Assembly: GCA_041398605.1 (NCBI GenBank)
Contig: JAWKUK010000026.1
Location: 1,207-65,206 of the forward strand
DNA: 64,000 bases
Direction: 5' to 3'
Origin: Planctomycetota bacterium
GTDB taxonomy: Bacteria; Planctomycetota; UBA1135; GCA-002686595
Of this stretch, positions 36,887 to 48,252 are shown in pieces (the stretch's first letter is position 1; each line of letters starts with the position of its first letter). The translations under genes and the position numbers were made by a program. A model generated the notes under the pieces. The model had not been told where the DNA came from. It saw only the letters and a list, made by a program, of their open reading frames with translations, and ran no database searches.

Positions 36887-39058
36887 ATGCACGTCACGCC
36901 TGCGCTCTCCTGTCTTCGCGCGCTCCGTCCCCGCGTCCTCGGTGTCGCCGTGGCCCTCGTCGCGGCGGTGTCCGGCGCTCTCTCGCTCCCGAGCTGCTCG
37001 ACGCCGCCGCCGCCGCCCGAGCCCGAGGTCGTGCCGGACCCCTTCGATACGGTCACGCCGACCGCGGGCGAAGCGCTGCGCATCACGCGGGACACGCGCG
37101 TCGCGCCCGGCCAGTACGTCGTCCCCGCGACGGAGGAGGGCGCCCTCGTCCTGGAGGGCCTCAGCGGCGTCACGCTCGACTTGAACGGCGCGGACCTGCG
37201 GGGCGCGGCGGCGGGTACGGACCTCGACCGCTGCGTCGGCCACGGCATCGTCGTGCGCGGCTGCAGCGACGTCACGATCCGCAACGGCACGCTCGGCGGC
37301 TACAAGGTCTGCGTCCTCGTCGAGGACAGCGTGCGCGTCACGCTCGAGGACCTCGCGTGCGCGGGCTGGTTCGGGATGCGCCTGCGTTCGACGAGCGCAG
37401 CCGAAGACGGCAGCGATTGGCTCTATCCCCACGAGAACGACGCGGGGCAGTGGAACGCCAACTACGGCGCCGCGCTCTCGATCGTCGGCGGCGAGGGGCA
37501 CGTCGTTCGTCGTTGCCGCGGGCGCAAGGGCCAGAACGGCATCCTCCTGAACCGCGTCGAGCGCGCCAACGTCTACGACAACGACTTCTCGTTCCTGTCG
37601 GGCTGGGGCCTCGGGATGTATCGCGCGAGCGAGAACGTCGTGGCGCACAACTGGTTCGACTACTGCGTCCGCGGCTACAGCCACGACGTGTACTGGCGCG
37701 GCCAGGACTCGGCCGGGATCCTGATGTTCGAGCGCTGCTCCCGCAACCTCGTCGCCTACAACAGCGCGACGCACGGCGGCGACGGCGTCTTCCTCTACGC
37801 TGGGCAGGACCTCGTGGAGGGCCGCGCCGTGGCGCGCGGCGAGGGCGACCCCGGCGGCAGCGACGGCAACGTCTTCCTCGGCAACGACCTGCGCTACGCG
37901 GTGGCCAACGCGTTCGAGGCGACGTTCTCGCTCGAGAACGTCCTCATCGAGAACGACCTCTCCGGGTGCCACATGCACGGCGTTTGGGGGGGCTATTCCA
38001 CGCAGCTCTTGATGCTGCGCAACCGGATCGACGGCACGCGCGGCGGCGGCGTCACGATCGAGCACGGCCAAGAGTGTTACATCGTCGCGAACGAGCTCTC
38101 GGACAACGAGATGGGGGTCGAGCTCTATTGGGACGAGGACCCAGGCCTGGTCGGCGGCCCGCTCGGTCGCCAGCGCGACACGTCGAGCCGGGACCATTGG
38201 ATCGTCGGCAATACCTTCCGCGACAATGTCCTCGACCTGCGCCTCTCGCAGTCCACGGGGATCGTCATCCACGACAACAATTGGCTCCCTGGCAACCGCG
38301 AGGCGTACATCGAGGGCCTCGCTGCGGCCGATGACCCGACGCGCGGCGAGGCGACTGTGCGCGCGTGGTTCTTCGACCTCGAGGGGCGAGCGCCGAGCGG
38401 CAACGTCAAGGACGTGACGCTCTCGCCTTGGACCGGCGAGCTGCCCGACATGGTGCGCGCGTGGAGCGCGTGGACGCCGCCGTCGGTCGAGGGGACGCTC
38501 ACGCCCCGCGGCGAGGACCGCGGGCTCGTCGTCGGCGGCCTCGAGTCGATCGTCATGGGGGAGTTCGGCCCCTGGGACCACCGCGCCGGTGAGCCGCGCC
38601 CGAAGCAGCGCAAGCCCGGCGGCCTCGTCGCGGACGCGACCTGGCGCGCGCGTTGGTTCCGCTGGGACCCTGCGGTCAGCGACCCGCGCACCAACGAGCC
38701 CGCGTGGCGCGCGGCGTCCACGGAGCCCCTGGTCGAGGCCGAGGTGCCCACGTTTGTCAACCCCTTCGGGGGCAGCGAGCGCGTGAAGCGCGCCGTCGGC
38801 AACGACCACTTCGGCCTCCTGGCTTCGACCTCGGTCGAGCTCGCCGAGGGCGGCGCCCACGAGTTCATCGTCGTGTCGGACGACGGCGTGCGCCTCTTGG
38901 TCGACGGCGAGGTCGTCTTCGAAGATTGGAGCCACCACGCGCCGAAGCGGGACGTCGTCCCCGTCACGCTCGAGGCCGGCCCGCACTTCGTCCAGGTCGA
39001 GTACTTCCAGATCCAGGGCGCGCTGGCCCTGCTCCTGGAGCTCGAGCGCGCGCACTGA
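36887..39058 (+). CDS. lipoprotein with right-handed parallel beta-helix repeats and C-terminal PA14-like domain
   Basis: Lipobox is LSLPSC. Repeated beta-helix rungs include GIVVRGCSDVTIRNGTL, GILLNRVERANVYDN, VFLGNDL and IENDLSGC. The C-terminal EFIVVSDDGVRLLVDGEVVFEDW...VQVEYFQ is typical of PA14. Confidence 0.72.
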   Translation: MHVTPALSCLRALRPRVLGVAVALVAAVSGALSLPSCSTPPPPPEPEVVPDPFDTVTPTAGEALRITRDTRVAPGQYVVPATEEGALVLEGLSGVTLDLNGADLRGAAAGTDLDRCVGHGIVVRGCSDVTIRNGTLGGYKVCVLVEDSVRVTLEDLACAGWFGMRLRSTSAAEDGSDWLYPHENDAGQWNANYGAALSIVGGEGHVVRRCRGRKGQNGILLNRVERANVYDNDFSFLSGWGLGMYRASENVVAHNWFDYCVRGYSHDVYWRGQDSAGILMFERCSRNLVAYNSATHGGDGVFLYAGQDLVEGRAVARGEGDPGGSDGNVFLGNDLRYAVANAFEATFSLENVLIENDLSGCHMHGVWGGYSTQLLMLRNRIDGTRGGGVTIEHGQECYIVANELSDNEMGVELYWDEDPGLVGGPLGRQRDTSSRDHWIVGNTFRDNVLDLRLSQSTGIVIHDNNWLPGNREAYIEGLAAADDPTRGEATVRAWFFDLEGRAPSGNVKDVTLSPWTGELPDMVRAWSAWTPPSVEGTLTPRGEDRGLVVGGLESIVMGEFGPWDHRAGEPRPKQRKPGGLVADATWRARWFRWDPAVSDPRTNEPAWRAASTEPLVEAEVPTFVNPFGGSERVKRAVGNDHFGLLASTSVELAEGGAHEFIVVSDDGVRLLVDGEVVFEDWSHHAPKRDVVPVTLEAGPHFVQVEYFQIQGALALLLELERAH

Positions 39059-39071
39059 CGCGGCGTCGGCC

Positions 39072-39779
39072 TCAGCGCGCTTCGACGCGGCCGCTCCCGA
39101 GCACGCGCACGTCGCGCTCCTGCGGGGCACCGAGGTACGTGACGTCGCCGCTGCCGTGGACCCGGGCGCGCAGGTCAGCGACCCGACCGAGGTCGGCGTC
39201 GCCGCTGCCGGCGATGTCGACGTCCACGCTCTGCACGTCCAATGCGCGCGCATCGAGGCTCCCAGAGCCGGAGATCTGGATCTCGATCCGCTCCAGGGCG
39301 CCAGACAGCGCGATGTCGCCGGAGCCCGCGATGGACGCGGTGAAGTCCGTGGCGTCGAGCCCCTGCACGGTGACGTCCGCAGAGCCGAGCACGCGCACGG
39401 CCGCGAGCGCAGGCAGCGTGACCGTGACGTGCAGGTCCCGCTCGAGCTCGTAGCGGCCAGCGCTCATGCGGACGACGAGCGCGTCACCGTCGACCTCGGT
39501 CTCGACGTACGGCAGGATGTTCTGGTCGCCAAAGACCGTGACGCTCGACGTGGTGCCGACCTCGACCGACACGTCGATGGCGCCCGCAGCGGTCACCACG
39601 TCGACGCCGTCGAGCGAGAGCGCGCGCGCCTCCTGCCCCGCGATTCCGTCGCCGTGGACGCGCGGTCCCGAGCTGCCGTCACCGATGCGTAGCGTGCGCC
39701 ACCCCTCGTCATCGATGTGGAAGACGCAGCCGGCGAGGGAGAGGGCGGCCCATGCGGGCCAGATGGACTTGCGGGTCAT
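39072..39779 (-). CDS. DUF2807 (GIN-type head) domain lipoprotein
   Basis: Lipobox is LSLAGC. Repeated G-S-G-D/S units: LGSADVTVQG, IAGSGDIALSG, ISGSGSLDA, IAGSGDADL, VHGSGDVTYLG and LGSGRVE. Confidence 0.75.
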   Translation of the reverse strand: MTRKSIWPAWAALSLAGCVFHIDDEGWRTLRIGDGSSGPRVHGDGIAGQEARALSLDGVDVVTAAGAIDVSVEVGTTSSVTVFGDQNILPYVETEVDGDALVVRMSAGRYELERDLHVTVTLPALAAVRVLGSADVTVQGLDATDFTASIAGSGDIALSGALERIEIQISGSGSLDARALDVQSVDVDIAGSGDADLGRVADLRARVHGSGDVTYLGAPQERDVRVLGSGRVEAR

Positions 39780-39885
39780 ATCAGGGCTTCGGGCTGGGGC
39801 TCACACACCCCTACGCGCGGGCTCGCGCGCCATTTCTCGCCGCAGCGCCCGGCGCGCGGGGCCCCTTGCAGGGCTCACTCAAGGC

Positions 39886-39950
39886 GCCGCTTGGCGGGCC
39901 GCTTGGGGGCCACTTGGCGGGCCGCTTGGCGGGCCGCTTGGGGGCCACTG
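39886..39950. repeat. 12-bp period tandem array, about 5.5 copies (GCCGCTTGGCGG / GCCGCTTGGGGG / CCACTTGGCGG)
   Basis: Read directly from the sequence. It lies in the 226-bp spacer between the HDAC-family stop and the DUF2807 start (both on the minus strand). Confidence 0.85.
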
Positions 39951-40005
39951 AGTGGCGATGTCGGGGGCCCACATGGGAAGGCCACAAGGAGGGCCGGGCA
40001 CGACC

Positions 40006-40985
<980 letters not shown>

Positions 40986-40989
<4 letters not shown>

Positions 40990-42413
40990 CGCCGCGGGCT
41001 GTCGGTCTCGGGGAGGCGGAACACCTCGGCGTACTTCGACTCGAGCATCTCGGCGAAGTCGCTATGGCGCGCGAGGTCGTGCAGCGCGGACTGTGAGATC
41101 GGCGCCTGGTCGAGGTACTCGGCGGCATCCTTGAACTTGCCGGTCAACGCCAGGGACCGCGCGAGCCCGATGAAAGGCGCGGCTGACCGAACGCCGTTGC
41201 GCTCGTTCTGGAGCTTGAGCGCCTCGCGCCAGTCGCGGATCGCAGCGACGTGGTCACCGACCAAATAGTTCAGCTCTGCGCGCCCCTCATAGGCCTGCGA
41301 GGAGTTGCGGTTGGCTCGGATCTCCGCCTCGAAGGGATCGAACAACACGCGCCGGGCCCCGCGGTCCTTCATGCGCGCGAGGTACACGAGCGCAGCGCGG
41401 CGCACGCCTTGGTCGAGCGACTCACGCAGGCCTGCGAGCTCGCGCTTGACGGCGCTCGGCGGCTTGACGTCGTTCTCGCGGAGCGTCTCGAGCAAGGCCA
41501 TCTTGGCCTCCCGAGAGACGTTGTCGCGCGCGGCGAGCTGGATCGCGGCTTCGACGGCGTCGTCGTCCTCGAGCGTGCTGGGGACCGCCTCGAGGAACGC
41601 CGCGATGCGGCTCGCGAGCACGGCGCCGCGCGGCGTCGCCGCCAACGCGAGGATCGCGCCCCCCGCGTCCGCGACGCGCACGTCGATCAATGCGTCGAGG
41701 GCGCCCTCCGCAGACGCCATGTCTCCGTTCTGCAGCGTCTCGATCAGGATCGCGCTCGCAGCGGGGCCCCCGAGCCGCGCGAGGGCGCGCAGCGCCGCGA
41801 GCCGCACGGGGCGGTAAGGGTTGGACGCTTCATCGGCGGTCTCCAGCGCGAGCGCCTCCAAGGCCGGGGCGACACGGTCGCGGTCGGTCGACGTGCTGAG
41901 CACCTCGATGGCGTTCAGGCGTCCGAGCAACGTCGCGGAGCGCGCGCGCTCCAAGAGGGTCTCCGTCACCGACGTCGAGCCGAGCTGCGACAGCGCTTGG
42001 GCGACCTTCTCTGCGCGGAAGATCGGACCTCGACCCGCGCCTTCCCCAGGGTCGAGGAACTGCACCAGCAGCGGCGCCGCGTCGCTGCCAAGGGACACGA
42101 TCTGGCCCACGATGCGCTCGGCGCGCTCGTCGCGGGCGCGCCGCTCGAGCTCGTCGAGGGATTGGATCGCGGCCTGGATCCTCGGCAGGAGCTCGGCGTG
42201 GACCTTCTCGCGCTGCGCGCGCGCTTCAGCGAGCAGCTCTTCGAGGCTGCGTCGATCCCCCGCGAGGGTGGCGTGGGGGGCTGCCTCGGCGTGCGCCCGA
42301 ACGAGGCCGGGTGCGGCCGGCGGTGCAGGAGGCGCTGCAGGGGCTGCAGGGGCTGCCGCCGCGCCGCTGGGCGCGCAGACCGCTGCCAAGGCAAGGAGAG
42401 CTCGGACGTCCAT
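40986..42413 (-). CDS. secreted HEAT-repeat/TPR-like protein
   Basis: Signal peptide, then a PA-rich linker. HEAT-like units include APLLVQFLD, RLNAIEVLS, RLAALRALARLGG and RRAALVYLARM. The C-terminus is TPR-like (YEGRAELNYLVGDHVAAIRDWREAL). Confidence 0.65.
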
Positions 42414-42803
42414 CGTGGGGATGCTACCCCACGCGGCGGGCGCGGCCTACACGCGGCGGCATGGGCACGAGCTCGAGCCCCTCGGCGGAGCGCCGGACCC
42501 GACCGTGAGCCCCTGCGGCGCTCGCCCCGCCTTGGGCAGTGCCGTCCGAGGCGGGCGCTGCGCTCCCCTGACCCGTTTCCGGGGCAAGCGCGGGGGCAGA
42601 GTCCGGGCCGGGCCCGTAGATGAGCCTCAAGCGCAGACGATGTCGGAGGATCCAGGATCTCACGGGAGTTCCCTCGTACAGAGGTCCTTCGGCCGGGATC
42701 CCGGGGTCCCTGGCGGGGATTCTCGAATCCTCTCTCGCCGGGGCACCCCCGGGTACCCTCCGCGCCCGCCAGCGGGTGCAATGGTGGGTCCACCGCGCCC
42801 AGC

Positions 42804-44768
42804 TTGGCGCTCGCAACCGTGCCGCCCACGACCCTAGACCCGAGCCGTCACCCGCACCCGGTCCCTGAGGCCAGCCCCGCGGCCGCCTACGACGTTGTCG
42901 TCGTGGGGGGAGGCCACGCCGGCGTCGAGGCGGCCTACGCCGCGTCGCGCCTCGGCGCGCGGGTGGCGCTCGTCTCGTTCGACCTGGCGAAGATCGGGGA
43001 GATGAGCTGCAACCCCGCGATCGGCGGGCTGGGCAAGGGGCAGATCGTGCGCGAGGTCGACGCGCTCGGCGGCGCGATGGGCCGGGTCGCGGACGCGACC
43101 GGGATCCAGTTCCGGATGCTCGGCACGGGCAAGGGCGCCGCCGTGCGCTCGCCGCGCTGCCAGTCGGACCGCCACCGCTATCGCGAGGAGGCGACGCGCC
43201 TCGTGCGCGCGGCCCCTGGGGTCGAGCTCGTCGGCGGCGGCGCGCAGCGGCTGATCGTCGAAGAGGCCCGGCACCCGCGCGGGCCGCGGACGCCGTGGGT
43301 GCGCGGCGTCGTCCTGGAGGACGGCCGCGAGCTGCGCGCGCACGCGGTCGTGCTTACGACGGGCACCTTCCTGCGCGCCGTCATGCACACGGGCGAGCAG
43401 CAATCGAGCGGCGGTCGCGTCGGCGAGCGCAGCGCCGACGGCCTCTCGGGCGACGTCGAGCGCCTCGCGCTGCGCCTCGGCCGTTTGAAGACCGGCACGC
43501 CGCCGCGGCTCGCCGCTGAGAGCGTCGACTTCGCGCGCCTCGAGGCGCAGCCTGGCGACGCGCACCCCGAGCCGTTCTCGTTCCGCACGGACCGCGCGGA
43601 CTTCCCGCGGCTGACGCAGGTCGCCTGCCACATCACGTACACCAACGAGCGCACCCACGACATCATCCGCGCCAACGTGCACCGCGCGCCGATGTATGCC
43701 GGGCGCATCCAGGGGGTCGGCCCGCGGTACTGCCCGTCGGTCGAGGACAAGGTGATGCGCTTCGCCGACAAGGACCGGCACCAGGTCTTCATCGAGCCCG
43801 AGGGCCTCGACACCAACGTCCTCTACGTCAACGGCGTCTCGACGTCGTTGCCCGCAGAGGTGCAGGAGGCGTTCCTCGCGACGATCCCCGGCCTCGAGCG
43901 CGCGGTGTTTCTGCGCCACGGCTATGCCGTCGAGTACGACTTCGTTGAGCCGAGCCAGCTCGCCGACACGCTGGCGCTGCGCGACGTCCCGGGGCTCTTC
44001 CTCGCAGGCCAGATCAACGGCACGTCGGGCTACGAAGAGGCCGCTGGACAGGGGCTGATCGCGGGCGCAAACGCCGCCCTGTGGACGCAGGATCGCGCGC
44101 CGTTCGTGCTGCGGCGCCACGAGGCGTACATCGGCGTGATGGTGGACGACCTGATCGTCACGAGCCCGAAGGAGCCCTACCGCATGTTCACGAGCCGCGC
44201 GGAGCATCGGCTCTTGCTGCGGCAAGACAACGCCGATCGCCGGCTGGTGCGGCGCGCGGTGGAGGTCGGCCTCGCGCCGCCGGAGCACCTCGCGCTCCTG
44301 GAGCGCAAGGAAGCGGCGATCGACGCCGCGCGGCGCTACTTGCGGGCGCACTTCGCCGTGGGCGGGCGGTCGTTGGAGGAGGTCCTGCGGCGGCCTGACG
44401 TGACCTACGCTGCGCTCGCGGCGGAGCACGGGCCGCTCGCGGCGCTGGCGCTCGATCGCGACGCGGCCTACGCCGTCGAGGTCGACGTCAAGTACGCGGG
44501 GTACCTGGAGCGGCAAGAGGAGTCGGTCGCGCGGCTCGCGCGCCAGGAGGACGTCGAAATCCCGGCGGAGCTCGACTATGCGTCGCTCACGTCGCTCGGC
44601 ACGGAGGCGCGAGAGAAGCTCGCGCGCCTGCGCCCGCGGACGCTCGGGGCCGCGGCGCGGATCGATGGCGTGCGCCCTCCCGACGTCGCACTTGTCGCGA
44701 TCCACGTCGACCGCATGCGCCGCGCGCGCACCGAGCAACCAGGCAATGCCGCGCCAAGCGACGCCTAA
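42804..44768 (+). CDS. mnmG: tRNA uridine-5-carboxymethylaminomethyl(34) synthesis enzyme MnmG (GidA)
   Basis: Motifs YDVVVVGGGHAGVEAA, MSCNPAIGGLGKGQIVREVDALGG, GPRYCPSVEDK, GQINGTSGYEEAA and YAGYL. TTG is the only in-frame start. Confidence 0.92.
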   Translation: MALATVPPTTLDPSRHPHPVPEASPAAAYDVVVVGGGHAGVEAAYAASRLGARVALVSFDLAKIGEMSCNPAIGGLGKGQIVREVDALGGAMGRVADATGIQFRMLGTGKGAAVRSPRCQSDRHRYREEATRLVRAAPGVELVGGGAQRLIVEEARHPRGPRTPWVRGVVLEDGRELRAHAVVLTTGTFLRAVMHTGEQQSSGGRVGERSADGLSGDVERLALRLGRLKTGTPPRLAAESVDFARLEAQPGDAHPEPFSFRTDRADFPRLTQVACHITYTNERTHDIIRANVHRAPMYAGRIQGVGPRYCPSVEDKVMRFADKDRHQVFIEPEGLDTNVLYVNGVSTSLPAEVQEAFLATIPGLERAVFLRHGYAVEYDFVEPSQLADTLALRDVPGLFLAGQINGTSGYEEAAGQGLIAGANAALWTQDRAPFVLRRHEAYIGVMVDDLIVTSPKEPYRMFTSRAEHRLLLRQDNADRRLVRRAVEVGLAPPEHLALLERKEAAIDAARRYLRAHFAVGGRSLEEVLRRPDVTYAALAAEHGPLAALALDRDAAYAVEVDVKYAGYLERQEESVARLARQEDVEIPAELDYASLTSLGTEAREKLARLRPRTLGAAARIDGVRPPDVALVAIHVDRMRRARTEQPGNAAPSDA

Positions 44769-44778
44769 CGTGCGCCCG

Positions 44779-45540
44779 TCACTCGGCCTTGAACTCTTCG
44801 ACGCTGATCGCCTTCATCGAGTACACGCCCGACGAGAGGCCGAACTCGTCCTCGATGCGCCCGACCTTGAGCGTGCCGCGGACCGTGATCGGCAGGTACG
44901 GGTAGAGCTTGCACGCGCGATCACCGTCCATCTCGACATAGATCCACTCGTCGGGCCGCGGCGCGCCGCCGAAGCAGCAGCTCATCAGGTCGCGCACCAA
45001 CATGAAGACCTTGATGTCATCGGTCTTCGGCTTGTACTCGAGGGGGATCATGTAGCCGACGACCGCGGCCTCCTTGTCCCCGAGCGCCTTGATCTCGTCG
45101 GGGAACGTGAACGATTGGGCGCGCTCGCTCGTCGGCGTGAACAGATAATCGAGCAGCGCGTCCAGGTTCACGCCGGCGAGCGACAGCATGCGGAACGTGA
45201 CGAGGTTCTCGATCTGCGTCGACGCGTGGGCCGAGGGGTCCGCCTTCAAATTGGCCGCCGCATTGGCGTCGACTGAGCCGACCACCAGCGTCTCCGCGCT
45301 CGGCTGCGCGGCGGTCGAGCCCGAAGCGCTGGGCCCGTCCTCGTCGCCGCCGGACGTGTCCTCGACCGGCACCGTCGCCACGCCCTGCGCCGCGTCTTCC
45401 GCCCGCAGCTCTTCGGTGAAGCCGGCGCCGCGTTGCGCGACGACCACCGAGCTGCCCTCCGCGTCCGACGGGGCGCCGCTCGAGCAGCTTGCGGAGAACA
45501 GGAGCGCCGAGAGCAGCGCGAGTCGGGACAGATCGAGCAT
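44779..45540 (-). CDS. DUF3299 domain lipoprotein
   Basis: Lipobox is LLFSASC. The C-terminal VVGYMIPLE...FMLVRDLMSCCFGGAPRPDEWIYVEM...VRGTL is characteristic of the family. Confidence 0.75.
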   Translation of the reverse strand: MLDLSRLALLSALLFSASCSSGAPSDAEGSSVVVAQRGAGFTEELRAEDAAQGVATVPVEDTSGGDEDGPSASGSTAAQPSAETLVVGSVDANAAANLKADPSAHASTQIENLVTFRMLSLAGVNLDALLDYLFTPTSERAQSFTFPDEIKALGDKEAAVVGYMIPLEYKPKTDDIKVFMLVRDLMSCCFGGAPRPDEWIYVEMDGDRACKLYPYLPITVRGTLKVGRIEDEFGLSSGVYSMKAISVEEFKAE

Positions 45541-45678
45541 GGCAGAAGATGGGCCTCGAGGTGGGGATCCGGCAAGGGCGAAGCCTGGGATTGTGCGCCC
45601 CCCGCCCTGCTTGTCGGACCTTTACCGTACCGCGCGCGACCGTTGCATGAATGTCCAACCGTCGTGCTGTGGCACAGC

Positions 45679-45748
45679 GAGGCGGATCACTCGCCTTCGC
45701 GCAGCGTCGCGTCGAGGCGGATCACTCGCCTTCGCGCAGCGTCGCGTC
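45679..45748. repeat. 35-bp perfect tandem duplication spanning the stop codon of the M28 peptidase gene
   Basis: GAGGCGGATCACTCGCCTTCGCGCAGCGTCGCGTC occurs at 45679-45713 and again at 45714-45748. Confidence 0.95.
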
Positions 45749-48130
45749 GATGCGGTCCGCGAGCGCGTTGAGGCGCGCCGCGACGCGCCGTAGGCGCTCC
45801 AGCTCGATCACGACTTGCTTTGCGTCGCCGTCGTTCAACGCCTTACGCAGGCCCGGGAGCGGCCAGGAGGCGTATCCCGACGTCTCGTCGGGAGCCACGT
45901 ACAGGTTGCGGAACCATGGGCGGCCCGGGAGCCCGGCCTCGTCGAGCCACGCCCGGGGCCAGGCGTGCACGAGCTCGTCGAGCGCGCGGCGCTGTCCCTC
46001 GATCGCGACGAAGCTCGGCGCGCGCGCGTCGAGCGTCTCGTCGAGGGTCGCTGCCCGCGCTGCGAGCGCCTCAAAGACCGCGGCCACCTGGAGGATCCCA
46101 GTGCGCGTCGGGTCAGCGTCCGCCGGCGCCGCGGCGTCCTCGGTCTCGGAGGCTGCGGGCGGGGCCGGCCCTGCGAGGGCGATGAGGTGCGCGCGGGCCG
46201 CCTCCGGCCCTGCGGTCAGCGCGATCGACGCGAGCGGCGCCTCGGCGGCGCGCGCCGCAACGACGGCGGTCGCGCGGGCGATCATGCGCGCCGACGCGTA
46301 GTCCGAGCCGACGGTGCTGCGGTACCACGTCAGGTCATCGTAGATGGAGTGGTAGGCCGTGCCCTGCGCGCCGCCCGCCGAGAGGTTCACGCCGGGGATC
46401 CCCGTCAGGGCCAGGAACGGCGCGTGGTCGGAGCCGCCGCCGAGCTCGCCGAACGGCGCCGCGACCTGCCTATCGGCCGCTGCCGAGGGCGCCCACGCTT
46501 CGAGCACCGAGCCGCGGTACACGATCGCGCCGCTCGCGGCATTCATGGGGGGGCCGGCGCCCTCCGGGGCGGCGTCCGCACGCTGCGGCTGCGGCACCGA
46601 CGCCAGCGCGTCCGCGACGAGCGCGCGCGCCTCGGGCGTGGCCGCAGCGCCGAAGCTGAGGCCGTTCGCGGCCGCATCCAAGTTGATGTAGAGCAGCCCG
46701 TCGCGCGTCAGCTCCGCGCGGCGCGCTTCGACGTACTCCGCGCTGCCGATGATCCCGAACTCCTCGGCGCCCCACGCGGCGAACGTGATCGAGCGGCGCG
46801 GCGGGCCGTGCAGGCGCGCGTCCTCGGCGAACACGCGCGCCGCTTCGAGCACCGCGATCAACCCGCAAGTCGGATCGCTCGCGCCATAAGCCCACGCGTC
46901 GTGGTGGCAGCCGATGTAGACGCGCGGTCCGAGCGCTCCCACGCGCGGGTCGTCGTTCGGCCCGAGCGCCAACGGGCGCGTGCCCGAGCGGTCCAGCTGG
47001 GCGTCTCTGCCGCGCAGGGTCGCGAGGACATTGGCGGTGCGCACGAGCCGACGCTCTTGACGCACGGTCAAGCGCGCGCGCACCTCTGGGCCGCCGGTCA
47101 GGCGATAGCGCACGGGCAGCCCGCCCTGCCAATCCTGCGGCGCGCTCGCGCCGCGCATCGGGCCGAGCAGTTGCAGCGCGGCGGCCCAGCCGATCGGCTG
47201 GACCGGGATGCGCGGCAGCGCGAGGCCCTCGGGGTCGAGGCGCGCCGCGTCCTCGGTCGCTTCGATGTTCGGCGTCAGCGGATCGCCGATCCACGGCAGG
47301 GTCAGGATCGAGCCGCGTTGGATGCACGTGTCGTTCGCCCAGCCGCCCTCGGGCCATGCGAGCCCTTTGCCGTAGCCCGAGTCGCGCGGGTCGGTGTAGA
47401 TGACGAGGCCCGCCGCGCCGGCCTCCTCGGCGTACTTCGCCTTGTAGCCGCGGAAGTTGCCGCCGTAGCGCGCGACGACGATCTTGCCCGAGCAGTCGAC
47501 GCCGAGCTGCGCGAGCGCTTGGAAGTCCTCGCGCCGACCGTAGTTGGCGTAGACGAGCTCGCCCTCGACCGTGCCGCTGCCCGAGTACGCGTTCCAGCCG
47601 AAGTCGAGGCCGTCCGCCGACGACGTCGGGACCCCGGGCAGCGCGACCTCTTTCAGCGGCAGCTCGACCCGCGCGGGCGAGACGAGCTCGAGGCGCGCTT
47701 CGAGCGGCTGGGGGAGGTAAGCGACGAAGGGGTGCAGCTCGACCTCGAGGCCGAGGCGCGCGAACGCGTCGGCGAGCAGGCCGATCATGCGTTGGTCACC
47801 GGGCGACCCCGCGACGTGGGGGAACGACGCGACGCTGTCGTGCCACTCCGCCAGCCGCTCGGGCAGGATCGCGGCGAGCAAGCGCGCCTCGCGCTCGACC
47901 TGCGCCTGGGCGTCCTCGGCGGGCCAACGCTCGAGCCCCCGCGGCGGGGCTTGGTCCTGCGTCGGCGAAGGGTCCTGGGTTGGCAGGAGGGCCGGGGTTG
48001 CCAGCGGGGCCGGGGGTGGCAGCGGAGGCTGCGCCGGCGCGCCCGCGACGGCGAGCCAGAGCAGCGCGCCGTTGGCGGCGCAGGCTCCAAGTCGCGTCCG
48101 GTGGGACGCGGCGACAACGTTCGTCTGCAT
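45722..48130 (-). CDS. M28-family metallopeptidase with PA and transferrin-receptor-like dimerisation domains (glutamate carboxypeptidase II-like)
   Basis: Start ATG 48130 with signal peptide. The PA-domain segment is GKIVVARYG. M28 motifs are GCHHDAW and FAAWGAEEFGIIGS. The C-terminal helical region is PLPGLRKALNDGD. Confidence 0.8.
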   Translation of the reverse strand: MQTNVVAASHRTRLGACAANGALLWLAVAGAPAQPPLPPPAPLATPALLPTQDPSPTQDQAPPRGLERWPAEDAQAQVEREARLLAAILPERLAEWHDSVASFPHVAGSPGDQRMIGLLADAFARLGLEVELHPFVAYLPQPLEARLELVSPARVELPLKEVALPGVPTSSADGLDFGWNAYSGSGTVEGELVYANYGRREDFQALAQLGVDCSGKIVVARYGGNFRGYKAKYAEEAGAAGLVIYTDPRDSGYGKGLAWPEGGWANDTCIQRGSILTLPWIGDPLTPNIEATEDAARLDPEGLALPRIPVQPIGWAAALQLLGPMRGASAPQDWQGGLPVRYRLTGGPEVRARLTVRQERRLVRTANVLATLRGRDAQLDRSGTRPLALGPNDDPRVGALGPRVYIGCHHDAWAYGASDPTCGLIAVLEAARVFAEDARLHGPPRRSITFAAWGAEEFGIIGSAEYVEARRAELTRDGLLYINLDAAANGLSFGAAATPEARALVADALASVPQPQRADAAPEGAGPPMNAASGAIVYRGSVLEAWAPSAAADRQVAAPFGELGGGSDHAPFLALTGIPGVNLSAGGAQGTAYHSIYDDLTWYRSTVGSDYASARMIARATAVVAARAAEAPLASIALTAGPEAARAHLIALAGPAPPAASETEDAAAPADADPTRTGILQVAAVFEALAARAATLDETLDARAPSFVAIEGQRRALDELVHAWPRAWLDEAGLPGRPWFRNLYVAPDETSGYASWPLPGLRKALNDGDAKQVVIELERLRRVAARLNALADRIDATLREGE

Positions 48131-48252
48131 ACAGCGCGCGGGTATCTGCGATGGGACCCCGGATCGGGGACATCGAGGATACCCGCGCGGAGCAGGTCGC
48201 AGTCGGAGGACCTCAGGCAAGGCTCGAGCCGTGGCTCGAGCGCCCCCGGGCG

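Noticed and set aside
35900-39253. 1117-aa ORF on the minus strand, the longest ORF-track entry after the 1301-aa kinase ORF
   Set aside because: It is antisense to the well-supported beta-helix/PA14 gene and overlaps nadA out of frame. The translation is dominated by Arg/Ala/Asp/Pro/Gly runs with no recognisable motif, which is a typical shadow ORF of a ~70% GC genome.
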